Source: Candidatus Saccharibacteria bacterium oral taxon 488 (GTDB taxonomy: Bacteria > Patescibacteriota > Saccharimonadia > Saccharimonadales > Saccharimonadaceae). From it: a stretch of DNA of 32,000 bases. The notes beneath the pieces were generated by a model. The model worked only from the letters and a program-made list of their open reading frames with translations, had not been told where the DNA came from and ran no database searches. The DNA is taken from the NCBI GenBank assembly GCA_010202845.1, contig CP047921.1, positions 630,001 to 662,000 on the forward strand. Reading direction: 5' to 3'. Numbering within the stretch: position 1 is the first letter of the stretch; every line of letters begins with the position of its first letter. Below are positions 23,507 to 30,909 of this stretch, one piece after another. The translations under genes and the position numbers were made by a program.

Positions 23507-23878
23507 ATGGTTAAAATTGCTATCATTGAAGATGACGCGACGATCAGTCAGATGTACCGAATGAAGTTCGAGGCAGACGGGTTTGACGTACGACTAGCGA
23601 GTAATGGCACAATTGGCGTGGCGCTCGTCGAATCGTTTCGTCCAGATGTCATTTTACTTGATATCCAGATGCCAGAGATGGACGGAGCCGAGGCCTTGCG
23701 ACGTATTCGCTCACACGCGTGGGGCAAGACCATACCGGTTATCGTACTGACTAACCTCGGCGAAGAAGAAGCCCCGCGCGAGATGCGCTCACTCGGCATC
23801 CAAGGCTACATTGTCAAGGCCAACCTCACCCCGCGCCAAGTCGTCGCCCAGGTCAAATCAGTCACTACAAAGCCGTGA
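23507..23878 (+). CDS. Stand-alone response-regulator receiver (CheY-like) protein
   Basis: 'IAIIEDD', 'VILLDIQMPEMDG', 'PVIVLTN' and 'YIVKA'. No output domain is present. Confidence 0.85.
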   Translation: MVKIAIIEDDATISQMYRMKFEADGFDVRLASNGTIGVALVESFRPDVILLDIQMPEMDGAEALRRIRSHAWGKTIPVIVLTNLGEEEAPREMRSLGIQGYIVKANLTPRQVVAQVKSVTTKP

Positions 23879-23882
23879 GTTT

Positions 23883-24692
23883 CTACCGGATATTAACCCG
23901 GCGCAGGCACGCCGTAATCACATTATCAAACAATGCGCTCACCGTCAGCGGGCCGACGCCGCCTTTTTCTGGTGTCAAGTGAATGTCGGTGCGCGTCCGA
24001 TTCGCCGGTGCCACGTCACCAACAATCTTACCATCCTCCGAGGCGGTTCCTGCGTCAACCACCACCGCACCAGGTCGGATCATATCTGGCTGAATCAGTC
24101 CTGCCACGCCGGTTGCCGTGACGATGACGTCATATTCGTGTAGTCGCGATAAATCATCGCCTCTACTAAATACCGTTACGTCCAGTCCCGACGCTCGCCA
24201 CATCTGCTCCAGCGGCGCACCGACCAGCCGCCCACGCCCGACAATCGCCAGCTTCTTACCAGCCAGCTCCACGCTATAGCCCGCTAACAGCCAATTAATG
24301 GCCATCGGTGTCGCCGGGTCAAACAGCGTTCGCTCAGAATTGAGGCCATCGACGTCTTTTTCCGGTGCCACCAACCGCACAATTTGCTCGGTCTGCTCTG
24401 GCTCGGCTAGTGGCAGCTGGACGATAATTCCCTGGACGTCATCGCGTTGGTTCAGTGCCGTGATTGTCTCCGGTAGGTGACGAGTCGCCACCCGACAAAT
24501 TTCTACATCAATTAAAATGTCTGCGCCATAGCGCTGCTTGAGGCGCATGTAGGTAGCAATGACTGGATTGTCCGAATCAGTGACGATGGCGAGGCGCGGC
24601 TGGATGTGATGCGCTTGGCGGAGCATGCGCACTTGCTTGGCCTGACGCTGCTTGATAAACGACGCGAGTTCTGCACCATTGAGAGATTTCAT
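23883..24692 (-). CDS. folD: Bifunctional methylenetetrahydrofolate dehydrogenase/cyclohydrolase
   Basis: 'VQLPL', 'PEKDVDGL', 'ATPMAI', 'IVGRGRLVGAPL', 'VVVDAG' and 'TPEKGGVGPLTV'. Start at ATG 24692, 6 nt after a TGCTACAAT box. Confidence 0.9.
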   Translation of the reverse strand: MKSLNGAELASFIKQRQAKQVRMLRQAHHIQPRLAIVTDSDNPVIATYMRLKQRYGADILIDVEICRVATRHLPETITALNQRDDVQGIIVQLPLAEPEQTEQIVRLVAPEKDVDGLNSERTLFDPATPMAINWLLAGYSVELAGKKLAIVGRGRLVGAPLEQMWRASGLDVTVFSRGDDLSRLHEYDVIVTATGVAGLIQPDMIRPGAVVVDAGTASEDGKIVGDVAPANRTRTDIHLTPEKGGVGPLTVSALFDNVITACLRRVNIR

Positions 24693-24698
24693 TGTTTG

Positions 24699-24707
24699 AT
24701 TGTAGCA
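24699..24707 (-). promoter_or_regulatory. Extended -10 TGCTACAAT for folD (leaderless)
   Basis: The minus strand reads TGCTACAAT, followed by CAAACA and then the ATG. Confidence 0.45.
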
Positions 24708-24752
24708 AATCAGCATGGGCGCGTCGAGCGCCTTGAGGATGGTAGCCGCCTG

Positions 24753-24761
24753 TGGTATAAT
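24753..24761 (+). promoter_or_regulatory. Extended -10 TGGTATAAT for tRNA-His
   Basis: Lies 10 nt upstream of the tRNA 5' end. Confidence 0.5.
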
Positions 24762-24771
24762 CGGGAAGCTT

Positions 24772-24849
24772 GGCGGATGTAGCTCAGTTGGTTAGAGCGC
24801 TGGATTGTGGCTCCGGAGGCCGTGGGTTCGAGCCCCATCATTCGCCCCA
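24772..24849 (+). tRNA. tRNA-His (anticodon GTG) with encoded G-1 and CCA
   Basis: GGCGGATGTAGCTCAGTTGGTTAGAGCGCTGGATTGTGGCTCCGGAGGCCGTGGGTTCGAGCCCCATCATTCGCCCCA. The anticodon loop is TTGTGGC, and an extra 5' G pairs with C73, as in bacterial tRNA-His. Confidence 0.9.
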
Positions 24850-24902
24850 AGCATTGTCCGTAGCAAAAGGTGCGACGCTATGTTTACCTTTACCGCTCAT
24901 TA

Positions 24903-24911
24903 TGCTATAAT
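24903..24911 (+). promoter_or_regulatory. Extended -10 TGCTATAAT for tRNA-Lys
   Basis: Lies 11 nt upstream of the tRNA 5' end. Confidence 0.5.
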
Positions 24912-24922
24912 CTGGACTGATT

Positions 24923-24999
24923 GGGCCAGTAGCTCAGCTGGTTAGAGCACCTGCCTCTTAAGCAGGGTGTCGAGGGTTCGAGCCCCTCCTGGCCCTCCA
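24923..24999 (+). tRNA. tRNA-Lys (anticodon CTT), CCA encoded
   Basis: GGGCCAGTAGCTCAGCTGGTTAGAGCACCTGCCTCTTAAGCAGGGTGTCGAGGGTTCGAGCCCCTCCTGGCCCTCCA, with anticodon loop CTCTTAA. Confidence 0.9.
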
Positions 25000-25009
25000 A
25001 GGAATTATC

Positions 25010-25035
25010 AAACCCCAGTTTTTCTGGGGTTTTTA
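25010..25035. terminator. Bidirectional hairpin terminator
   Basis: AAACCCCAG-TTTTT-CTGGGGTTT is followed by TT on the plus strand and by TTTGAT on the minus strand. It sits between tRNA-Lys and the end of the 136-aa ORF. Confidence 0.6.
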
Positions 25036-25058
25036 GTATGCCTGGTAAATCATACTGT

Positions 25059-25469
25059 TTATGAAAATGGGTTATAGCCGCGTGAAGGCGGCTCTTGAAA
25101 TCGAGGCGATGATGGCGACGGACAACCGGTACCGCCCTCGCTAGTGGAGCGAGACGGCGGTGTATTTTGTGCCGATGACGATGGTTCCGCTTGGCGCAGC
25201 GAATTGCCCACAAAGGTACGATTAGAGAGCGGAACGTCGCTAGTCGTGTCATAGTCTTCCGCTATATCGTCGGTGCTTGCCGATGGTACATAACCACGCG
25301 CGCCCAGCGCTGATGACTGATAATTCCCGATCCGCTGGCGATCGCAGTTACGGTCACTCACTCGACGACTTCGACCGGTATTACCAAACGCTGGCTGCGT
25401 CCGTGGCCGATGCGCCATTAACCGCTGAACTAACCGACGCGACATTCGCGGTTTACCACTAGCATCCAT
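25059..25469 (-). CDS. Hypothetical Arg/Ser/Pro-rich protein, probably disordered
   Basis: A strong SD (AAAGGAGGG) lies 5 nt before the ATG at 25469, and a terminator follows. The composition is low-complexity, so coding status is uncertain. Confidence 0.4.
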   Translation of the reverse strand: MDASGKPRMSRRLVQRLMAHRPRTQPAFGNTGRSRRVSDRNCDRQRIGNYQSSALGARGYVPSASTDDIAEDYDTTSDVPLSNRTFVGNSLRQAEPSSSAQNTPPSRSTSEGGTGCPSPSSPRFQEPPSRGYNPFS

Positions 25470-25491
25470 ATGACCCTCCTTTGATCATTCC

Positions 25492-25568
25492 TGGCGCCCC
25501 GAGTAGGATTCGAACCTACGACCTTAGGCTTAGAAGTCCTCTGCTCTATCCAGCTGAGCTATCAGGGC
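25492..25568 (-). tRNA. tRNA-Arg (anticodon TCT), CCA encoded
   Basis: The reverse complement GCCCTGATAGCTCAGCTGGATAGAGCAGAGGACTTCTAAGCCTAAGGTCGTAGGTTCGAATCCTACTCGGGGCGCCA has good acceptor, D and T arms. The anticodon stem GAGGA/GCCTA has two terminal mismatches. Confidence 0.8.
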
Positions 25569-25576
25569 ATGTTCAC

Positions 25577-25585
25577 ATTATAGCA
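25577..25585 (-). promoter_or_regulatory. Extended -10 TGCTATAAT for tRNA-Arg
   Basis: The minus strand reads TGCTATAAT, 8 nt upstream of the tRNA 5' end. Confidence 0.5.
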
Positions 25586-25591
25586 TCTTTC

Positions 25592-25600
25592 TGGTACAAT
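25592..25600 (+). promoter_or_regulatory. Extended -10 TGGTACAAT for tRNA-Gly
   Basis: Lies 11 nt upstream of the tRNA 5' end. Confidence 0.5.
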
Positions 25601-25611
25601 AGTGCAAGCTC

Positions 25612-25686
25612 GCGGGTGTAGTACAGCGGCTAGTATGCAAGTTTTCCAAACTTGAGATGGGAGTTCGATTCTCCCCACCCGCACCA
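25612..25686 (+). tRNA. tRNA-Gly (anticodon TCC), CCA encoded
   Basis: GCGGGTGTAGTACAGCGGCTAGTATGCAAGTTTTCCAAACTTGAGATGGGAGTTCGATTCTCCCCACCCGCACCA, with anticodon loop TTTCCAA. Confidence 0.9.
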
Positions 25687-25721
25687 ATGTAAGATAATTT
25701 CAATCCGCGAAAAAGGGCATC

Positions 25722-27491
25722 ATGGGTTCATATTCATACACAAACACTTCACCATACCAGCCACAGGACATCGAAGACGCCTCCGAATTTTATGACGTGA
25801 TTGAGCGCAGCAGCCTGACGCATCAACTGTCTGAGTCACGGCCGTACGTTTACTGGACAATGGAAATTTATGACAAAGCCAACGGCATTAAGGGCGGCGG
25901 CGGCTTGGGTGTATTGGCGGCAGATACTCGACGGGTGGCCGAAAAGCTAGAAGTGCCATTTGTGGCGGTGACGCCATTTTACCGCAGCGAATCGCACCAA
26001 AAAATTACCGACCTCGCACAAACTGAATACGTTGAGAAGGTCTCGCCCCAGGAGTATGGCTTTCATTATATTGATGAGGTTTCGGTTAGCTCCGCCGGCT
26101 TTCCCGATGCTAGCCTCAGCGTCTTTCGCAAGACACTCGGCTCAACGCAATTTGTTACCATCTCAGAGCCAAACTTTGGGCAATTGTACGAAGGCGAAGG
26201 CTCGGGTGATCACCGGCTGTACCAAGAAGTGGCGCTTGGGTTTGGCGGCTATAAAGCCTTGAAATTACTCGGCATCAAGCCAGCCGTCATCCAGCTCAAT
26301 GAAACCGCAACAATTTTTGCGGCATTGGCCCGGCTGGACGAGCTATGCGCCAACGGCATGAATTTATATGAAGCAATTGTTTACGTCCGCAAACACACGC
26401 TCTACACCAACCACACTCTACTCCAGGCAGCTGAACCGGAGTTCCACCGCTCGCAATTTGAAAAATTGGTACTGCCAAACCTCAAAAGCAATGCTGTGCG
26501 CTGCTGGCTGATGGAGCAATTTCGGGGAGACCACTTGCGACCAAACTTGTTGGCAATTGAGCTGACTGAAGCCAAAAATGGCGTCAGCAAACTGCACGCC
26601 CGCGTGGCAAATTTCCGCGACCGCAACAACGACAAGGTCAAGTTTCACGCCATCACCAACGGCATCGACCTGGAAACATGGGTACTGCCGGAAATCCTGC
26701 AAGCCTATCGTGAGCATACCATTATTGATAAATTCGGCCTACCAACCGAACAGTACCGGGAGGCAATCAGCGGGCTGCCAGCCGCCACTATTCGATCACT
26801 TAAGCGTACTGGTCGGCTGGAATTAAATCGAGTTCTCGCAAAGCGCAAGGATCAATACAACAATCCAGTTCACCTGCCTGAGGACGCGCTAGTATTTGAC
26901 TTCAAACGGCGGTTCGCCAATTACAAGCGACCACACCTGGCATTTGAGCGCCCAGAGACGCTCAAGCAGATTTTGCTCGATAGTAACGCTCACTACATTC
27001 TTGCTGGTAAGGTTCATCAGGGAGATCATGACATGTATCAGCAGCTCCTGACCATCCTCAAACTCGTCGATAGCGACCCTGCACTGCGTGAGCGTGTCCA
27101 CTACATTCAAGATTACGACGAGACCCTGGGACGAGCGCTGGCGATTGGCTCAGACGTTGCTATCAACGTGCCGATCATTGGCCTCGAGGCCTGCGGCACA
27201 TCATGGGAAAAAGACATTGCCAATCTCAAGCTACTTATCTCCACCAGTGACGGTGGTGTTGCCGATATCAAGCCAATCGCTTGTCTCGAGGTGAGCGGTG
27301 TGAGCTCAGAGGACGAGACCACCTCGCTCTATGCTAATATGCGGCGAGCAGCGCAAATCGTCGCTAGTAATGAGCTACTGATGCAGTACATTCATCGCCA
27401 GCTCACGGCCTATCTACCGATCATATCGGGCGCACGGATGCTCAAGGATTACCTCAAGTTTCTGTTTCCCGCCCGCCATACAACCAAATAG
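25722..27491 (+). CDS. glgP: Alpha-glucan (glycogen/maltodextrin) phosphorylase family protein, short form
   Basis: 'GGGGLGVLAADTRR', 'TNHTLLQAAEPEF', 'NGVSKLHARV' and 'ITNGIDLETW' resemble the GT35 alpha-glucan phosphorylase pattern. Confidence 0.75.
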   Translation: MGSYSYTNTSPYQPQDIEDASEFYDVIERSSLTHQLSESRPYVYWTMEIYDKANGIKGGGGLGVLAADTRRVAEKLEVPFVAVTPFYRSESHQKITDLAQTEYVEKVSPQEYGFHYIDEVSVSSAGFPDASLSVFRKTLGSTQFVTISEPNFGQLYEGEGSGDHRLYQEVALGFGGYKALKLLGIKPAVIQLNETATIFAALARLDELCANGMNLYEAIVYVRKHTLYTNHTLLQAAEPEFHRSQFEKLVLPNLKSNAVRCWLMEQFRGDHLRPNLLAIELTEAKNGVSKLHARVANFRDRNNDKVKFHAITNGIDLETWVLPEILQAYREHTIIDKFGLPTEQYREAISGLPAATIRSLKRTGRLELNRVLAKRKDQYNNPVHLPEDALVFDFKRRFANYKRPHLAFERPETLKQILLDSNAHYILAGKVHQGDHDMYQQLLTILKLVDSDPALRERVHYIQDYDETLGRALAIGSDVAINVPIIGLEACGTSWEKDIANLKLLISTSDGGVADIKPIACLEVSGVSSEDETTSLYANMRRAAQIVASNELLMQYIHRQLTAYLPIISGARMLKDYLKFLFPARHTTK

Positions 27492-27515
27492 AGCCGATAG
27501 CAGAACACTCCGTAG

Positions 27516-29060
27516 CTACTCGGTGATAACTTCAATCTCTGCACCCAGCGAATTAAGCCGCTGCGCTAGTTCCTCGTAGCCGCGATTGATTGAATACACA
27601 TCGCGCAAGATTGACACGCCCGGCGCCGCTAACATGGCGAGTAGTACCACAACCGACGGCCGCAGCGCTGGCGGTGCCACGACATCAGCGGGCTTCCACC
27701 TGGTCGGGCCAGTGATATACACCCGATGCGGGTCAACCAGTTCGATCTGTGCGTTCAATTTACTCAGCTCGGTGAAATAAATCGCTCGGTTCTCGTAACT
27801 CCAGTCGTGCACCAATGTCCGGCCTTTAGCGACGGTCGCAATCAGCCCCAAGAACGGCAGGTTGTCCATATTAATCCCCGGAAACGGCAGCGCGTGAATC
27901 TTGTCCTTTGGCGCAACCAACTTGGAGTGTTTCAGCGTGATATCCACCAAGCGAGTACGACCGTTGTTGGCTGCATATTCCTCACTTAACTCATATTGCA
28001 AACCCATCTCAGCCAATGTTGCCAGCTCAATTTCCAGAAACTCAATTGGCGCCCGGCGCACCGTGATTTCTGAATCAGTCACCACGGCCGCCGCGATAAA
28101 GCTCATCGCCTCGATCGGGTCTTCAGACGGGTAATAATCGACTGTCGTATTGATGTGCGACCGGCCCGTGATTTTTAGCGTCGTTGTACCAATTCCTTCA
28201 ATGGTCACGCCCAATTTCTGCAAGAAGAAACACACATCCTGCACCATGTAGTTCGGGCTGGCGTTGCGGATGATGGTGGTGTCTGGCGACAGAGCCGCCG
28301 CCATGATAACGTTTTCCGTCACCGTGTCGCCGCGTTCAGTCAATAAAATTATCCGATCGCCCGTTGTCGGCTCGACGCGCGCATGATAGTACCCACCCTC
28401 AGCCTCTACCTGCATCCCAAAATGCTTCAGGCCCGACAGGTGTGGCTCCACCGTGCGCTTACCGAGATTACAGCCACCGGCAAATGGCAGCCGAAAATCA
28501 TGATATTGATGAAGTAGTGGGCCAAGGAACATGATCACGGTACGCGTGCGCTTAGCGGCAGCGATATCCATATCCTCCAGCCTCAGCCGCGCCGGTGGTA
28601 TAATCTCCAGGTCGTTCTTTCGCAGCCAACGGGTTTTAACGCCAATCGAGTTGAGCACCTCAATGATCCGGTTAACCTCTTCGATACGCGCCACATGACG
28701 CAGCGTCGTTTTTCCCTTGTTAAGCAAGCTGGCACAGAGCAGCCCCACGGCCGCATTCTTGCTCGTTTTGACCAATATATCACCAGAAAGTTTTTTACCG
28801 CCATGCACCCGAAAGTTCATCTTGCCCGAGTGATTGAGCGTAACGATGTTACAGTTAAGTACATCGCTAATCCTCACTAGCATCTCGACACTAATATTCT
28901 GACCGCCGTTCTCAATGCGATTGATGGCACTTTGTGATGTACCAATGGCCTCAGCTAGTTGTGTCTGGGTGAGGCCTTTGCGATTACGATTTTCAGTGAT
29001 AATAACGCCGATTTTTTGGAGATAGTCATTCATGCTCATAGCGTACAATATATCACACAT
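27516..29060 (-). CDS. murA: XRE-type HTH domain fused to UDP-N-acetylglucosamine 1-carboxyvinyltransferase (MurA)
   Basis: The N-terminus 'RKGLTQTQLAEAIGTSQSAINRIENGGQNISVEMLVRISDVL' is an XRE-type HTH. The MurA core follows: 'FRVHGGKKLSGDILVKTSKNAAVGLL' and 'GGCNLGKRTVEPH' (active-site Cys present). The start is ambiguous (ATG 29060, 29039 or 29033). Confidence 0.85.
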   Translation of the reverse strand: MCDILYAMSMNDYLQKIGVIITENRNRKGLTQTQLAEAIGTSQSAINRIENGGQNISVEMLVRISDVLNCNIVTLNHSGKMNFRVHGGKKLSGDILVKTSKNAAVGLLCASLLNKGKTTLRHVARIEEVNRIIEVLNSIGVKTRWLRKNDLEIIPPARLRLEDMDIAAAKRTRTVIMFLGPLLHQYHDFRLPFAGGCNLGKRTVEPHLSGLKHFGMQVEAEGGYYHARVEPTTGDRIILLTERGDTVTENVIMAAALSPDTTIIRNASPNYMVQDVCFFLQKLGVTIEGIGTTTLKITGRSHINTTVDYYPSEDPIEAMSFIAAAVVTDSEITVRRAPIEFLEIELATLAEMGLQYELSEEYAANNGRTRLVDITLKHSKLVAPKDKIHALPFPGINMDNLPFLGLIATVAKGRTLVHDWSYENRAIYFTELSKLNAQIELVDPHRVYITGPTRWKPADVVAPPALRPSVVVLLAMLAAPGVSILRDVYSINRGYEELAQRLNSLGAEIEVITE

Positions 29061-29072
29061 GATATATGTTGT
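29045..29072. promoter_or_regulatory. Inverted repeat ACAATATATCA-caca-TGATATAT(g)TTGT in the murA/glyA divergent region: candidate operator
   Basis: The core arms ATATATCA/TGATATAT are perfect, and the outer ACA/TGT pair has one extra base. It overlaps the candidate murA start at 29060 and lies just upstream of the glyA -10. Confidence 0.45.
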
Positions 29073-29076
29073 AAAG

Positions 29077-29085
29077 TGCTATAAT
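29077..29085 (+). promoter_or_regulatory. Extended -10 TGCTATAAT for glyA (SD-led mRNA)
   Basis: The box is followed by AGAGGAAAAGGAGGGAGTGTC and then the ATG at 29107. Confidence 0.5.
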
Positions 29086-29106
29086 AGAGGAAAAGGAGGG
29101 AGTGTC

Positions 29107-30378
29107 ATGCAAGATACGCAGGTCGCCAATTTAATTGCGGCAGAAATAAAACGGCAACAACGGGGTATTGAACTGATCCCAAGCGAAAATTACGTTTCAA
29201 CTAGTGTACTCAAAGTACTGGGCAGCGTCTTTACCAACAAATATTCTGAGGGTTACCCCGGACGACGCTATTACGGCGGACAAGAAAACACCGACCAAAT
29301 TGAACAGCTGGCGATTGACCGCGCTAAACAGCTATTCGGCGCTGATCACGCCAATGTCCAGCCGCACTCCGGCGCCCAGGCCAACGAGGCGGTGTATTAT
29401 GCGTGGTGCGAGCCGGGCGATACCATTCTGGCGATGGATTTGGCGCACGGCGGACACCTGACGCATGGCGCGCCAGTCACCCGCTCAGCCCGTGAGTATA
29501 CCTTCGTCCGCTACGGCATCAAGGATGTTGAGACTGGCGAAATTGACTATGAAGAAATTCGCCGATTGGCGCTAGAACATCGGCCAAAAATCATCTTGGC
29601 GGGCTTCTCGGCCTATCCGCGCGAGCTGGATTACGCCAAGTTTGCCGAGATTGGCAACGAAGTTGGCGCTATGTTGATGGCGGATATGAGCCACATCGCT
29701 GGATTAATCGTTGGTGGCGTGGCTAAAAATCCGTTTGACTACGGCTTTCATATTATCACCACTACCACACACAAAACCTTGCGCGGTCCGCGTGGCGGCT
29801 TGATTTTGTCAAAAGGTGTGGTCGGCAATCCTTTGAAGCGACCAGAAAAAACTTTGGAAAACTTGCCAACACTGATTGACCGGGCGGTCTTCCCTGGCAC
29901 TCAAGGTGGCCCGCACATGCACACCATCGCTGCCAAAGCAGTCGCCTTTGGCGAGGCGCTACGCCCAGAGTTCACGGAATACGCCCAGCAAATCGTAAAG
30001 AATGCAGCCGTTCTGGCAGATGAATTAAAGCGCGGCGGCCTGAAATTGGTAACAGGTGGCACCAGCAACCATCTAGTGTTGGCAGATATCTATGGCAGCT
30101 TCGGCATTGATGGTAAAATTGCTCAGGAGCGGCTAGAGGCCAGCGGCATCACCGCCAACGCCAATGCCATCCCCAACGACACCCTACCGCCATTCCGTCC
30201 CAGCGGCCTGCGCCTCGGCACGCCAGCGGTGACGACACGCGGCATGACGGAGGCGGAGGTCAAACAGATTGCCAAGTGGATTATCACAGCGATAACCGCA
30301 GAGGACCCGACAGAATACACAAAAATCAGGCAACAAACCACTAGCCTTGCGGCGCGTTTTCCGCTACCATATAACTAA
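29107..30378 (+). CDS. glyA: Serine hydroxymethyltransferase
   Basis: 'ELIPSENY', 'YSEGYPGRRYYGG' and 'TTTTHKTLRGPRGG' (PLP lysine). An AAGGAGGG SD is present. Confidence 0.92.
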   Translation: MQDTQVANLIAAEIKRQQRGIELIPSENYVSTSVLKVLGSVFTNKYSEGYPGRRYYGGQENTDQIEQLAIDRAKQLFGADHANVQPHSGAQANEAVYYAWCEPGDTILAMDLAHGGHLTHGAPVTRSAREYTFVRYGIKDVETGEIDYEEIRRLALEHRPKIILAGFSAYPRELDYAKFAEIGNEVGAMLMADMSHIAGLIVGGVAKNPFDYGFHIITTTTHKTLRGPRGGLILSKGVVGNPLKRPEKTLENLPTLIDRAVFPGTQGGPHMHTIAAKAVAFGEALRPEFTEYAQQIVKNAAVLADELKRGGLKLVTGGTSNHLVLADIYGSFGIDGKIAQERLEASGITANANAIPNDTLPPFRPSGLRLGTPAVTTRGMTEAEVKQIAKWIITAITAEDPTEYTKIRQQTTSLAARFPLPYN

Positions 30379-30392
30379 TACTAAATAACTTG

Positions 30393-30496
30393 GGGGGCAA
30401 ATCAGAAATGATTTCTTCAAACAAAACTAAAGGTTTCACATTGGTTGAGCTCTTGATCGTGATCGTGGTCATCGCTATCTTGGCTGCTATTTCGAT
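30393..30496 (+). repeat. Left arm of a perfect 104-bp inverted repeat (pilin 5'UTR plus the first ~30 codons)
   Basis: This arm is the exact reverse complement of 31262-31365, compared base by base. Identity falls to roughly 65-70% (estimated by eye) immediately inside the arms. Confidence 0.95.
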
Positions 30497-30830
30497 AGCA
30501 GCATACAATGGTGTATCCAACAAAGCTCGAGACGGTGAAAGACTAGCCAGTGCACGCGACATCATCAACGCCGCCGCCGTGTATAACTCAGAAAAGGGTC
30601 ATTGGCCGACAATAGCAGAGCTGGGGTCGTTCAATACCATCAAACTATCCGACCAGATAAAGAGTCGCCTCGGAACCACTGCACCAAGCCCAAGCGACAG
30701 GAGTAAGTATAAGTACGAGCTATGTGGAACTGCGCCGGGCTTTACTGGCGCAAAAGTTACCTACTGGAAAGAGGTAATTGATGGACACGAGACTCACGAG
30801 AAAACAGTAAGTAGTGGTAGCGGCTGTTAA
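30408..30830 (+). CDS. Type IV pilin (prepilin with N-terminal methylation motif), copy 1
   Basis: 'MISSNKTKG/FTLVELLIVIVVIAILAAI' is a class III signal. A C-terminal Cys pair ('LCGTAPG...SGSGC') is also present. Confidence 0.85.
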   Translation: MISSNKTKGFTLVELLIVIVVIAILAAISIAAYNGVSNKARDGERLASARDIINAAAVYNSEKGHWPTIAELGSFNTIKLSDQIKSRLGTTAPSPSDRSKYKYELCGTAPGFTGAKVTYWKEVIDGHETHEKTVSSGSGC

Positions 30831-30848
30831 GAAAGTAACATGACACAG

Positions 30849-30878
30849 AATAAACCCCGGAACTAGCCGGGGTTTATT
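30849..30878. terminator. Bidirectional terminator between the convergent pilin genes
   Basis: AATAAACCCCGG-AACTAG-CCGGGGTTTATT forms a 12-bp stem, with A/T runs on both sides. Confidence 0.6.
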
Positions 30879-30909
30879 TATGTCCTTCCTATTTCCTAGT
30901 ATAGGGATA

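Noticed and set aside
24905-25252. 115-aa minus-strand ORF ending '...GLEPSTPCLRGRCSNQLSYWPNQSRL'.
   Set aside because: Its C-terminal part is the antisense translation of tRNA-Lys (GLEPST derives from the T-arm). It overlaps the better-supported 136-aa ORF in another frame, so it is a spurious ORF.
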